The notes beneath the pieces were generated by a model. The model did not search any database. It had not been told where the DNA came from and saw only the letters and a list, made by a program, of their open reading frames with translations. Position numbers and translations under genes: made by a program. This document shows positions 23,868-24,000 of a DNA stretch of 24,000 bases, piece by piece. Source of the stretch: Balneolaceae bacterium (GTDB lineage Bacteria > Bacteroidota > Rhodothermia > Balneolales > Balneolaceae); contig OZ243096.1 in assembly GCA_965212165.1 (NCBI GenBank), positions 2,850,048 through 2,874,047 on the forward strand. Direction: 5' to 3'. Numbering within the stretch: the first letter of the stretch is position 1; the number at the start of each line of letters is the position of its first letter.

Positions 23868-24000
23868 AGAAATTAATGATAGGCGTATTCCAAATTGGGT
23901 TCAACATAAAAGATATATATTTACCACTTCTATTAATCAATTGATGAGTTAAGTTCATCGTTATAAATTTTCCAATTGGGCATAAATTTGTCCATAAAAT

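Noticed and set aside
1-24000. Search by eye for tRNA, rRNA, CRISPR arrays, transposases, integrases or terminal inverted repeats that would mark the fibre/motor locus as a mobile island
   Set aside because: None found. The intergenic regions are short and AT-rich without cloverleaf-like GC stems, there are no spaced direct-repeat arrays, and no ORF has transposase or integrase motifs. The slightly lower GC of 1-10.3 kb versus housekeeping genes is only an eyeball estimate from a few lines and is not enough to claim horizontal transfer.

Overview
AT-rich bacterial window (about 33-40% GC from a few lines counted by eye). Most start codons lack Shine-Dalgarno motifs, which fits a Bacteroidota/Balneolota-like (FCB group) organism, but that is a low-confidence guess. 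No searches were run; all family calls come from motifs I recognise by eye. The right part (10.3-24 kb) is ordinary chromosome: alaS followed by pdhA-pdhB-pdhC on the minus strand, a DUF502 membrane protein, gamma-glutamyltransferase, a plant-type ferredoxin-NADP reductase, a membrane protein with tandem repeats, a receiver-only response regulator, a lipoprotein, a D-amino-acid-oxidase-family flavoprotein and a MerC-like membrane protein. The left part (1-10.3 kb) is the interesting region. It is one co-directional, tightly packed plus-strand locus. It encodes three paralogous secreted pilin-like subunits (DUF4402/SCPU-like, with the chaperone-usher C-terminal signature), a PapD-like chaperone candidate, and a roughly 1000-aa usher-like outer-membrane protein ending in a TPR-like module. 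These are followed by a single protein combining a FliF-like periplasmic ring motif, a TM helix and a full FliG-like cytoplasmic part; a lipoprotein carrying a paralog of the usher TPR-like module; a 4-TM MotA-like channel; and a MotB-like protein with the conserved TM Asp, an OmpA domain and three SPOR-like repeats. No other flagellar genes are present. I read this as a candidate undescribed envelope-spanning machine: a minimal rotor/stator pair genetically coupled to a chaperone-usher-type fibre. The locus is cut by the left window edge. I found no tRNA, rRNA, CRISPR array or transposase.
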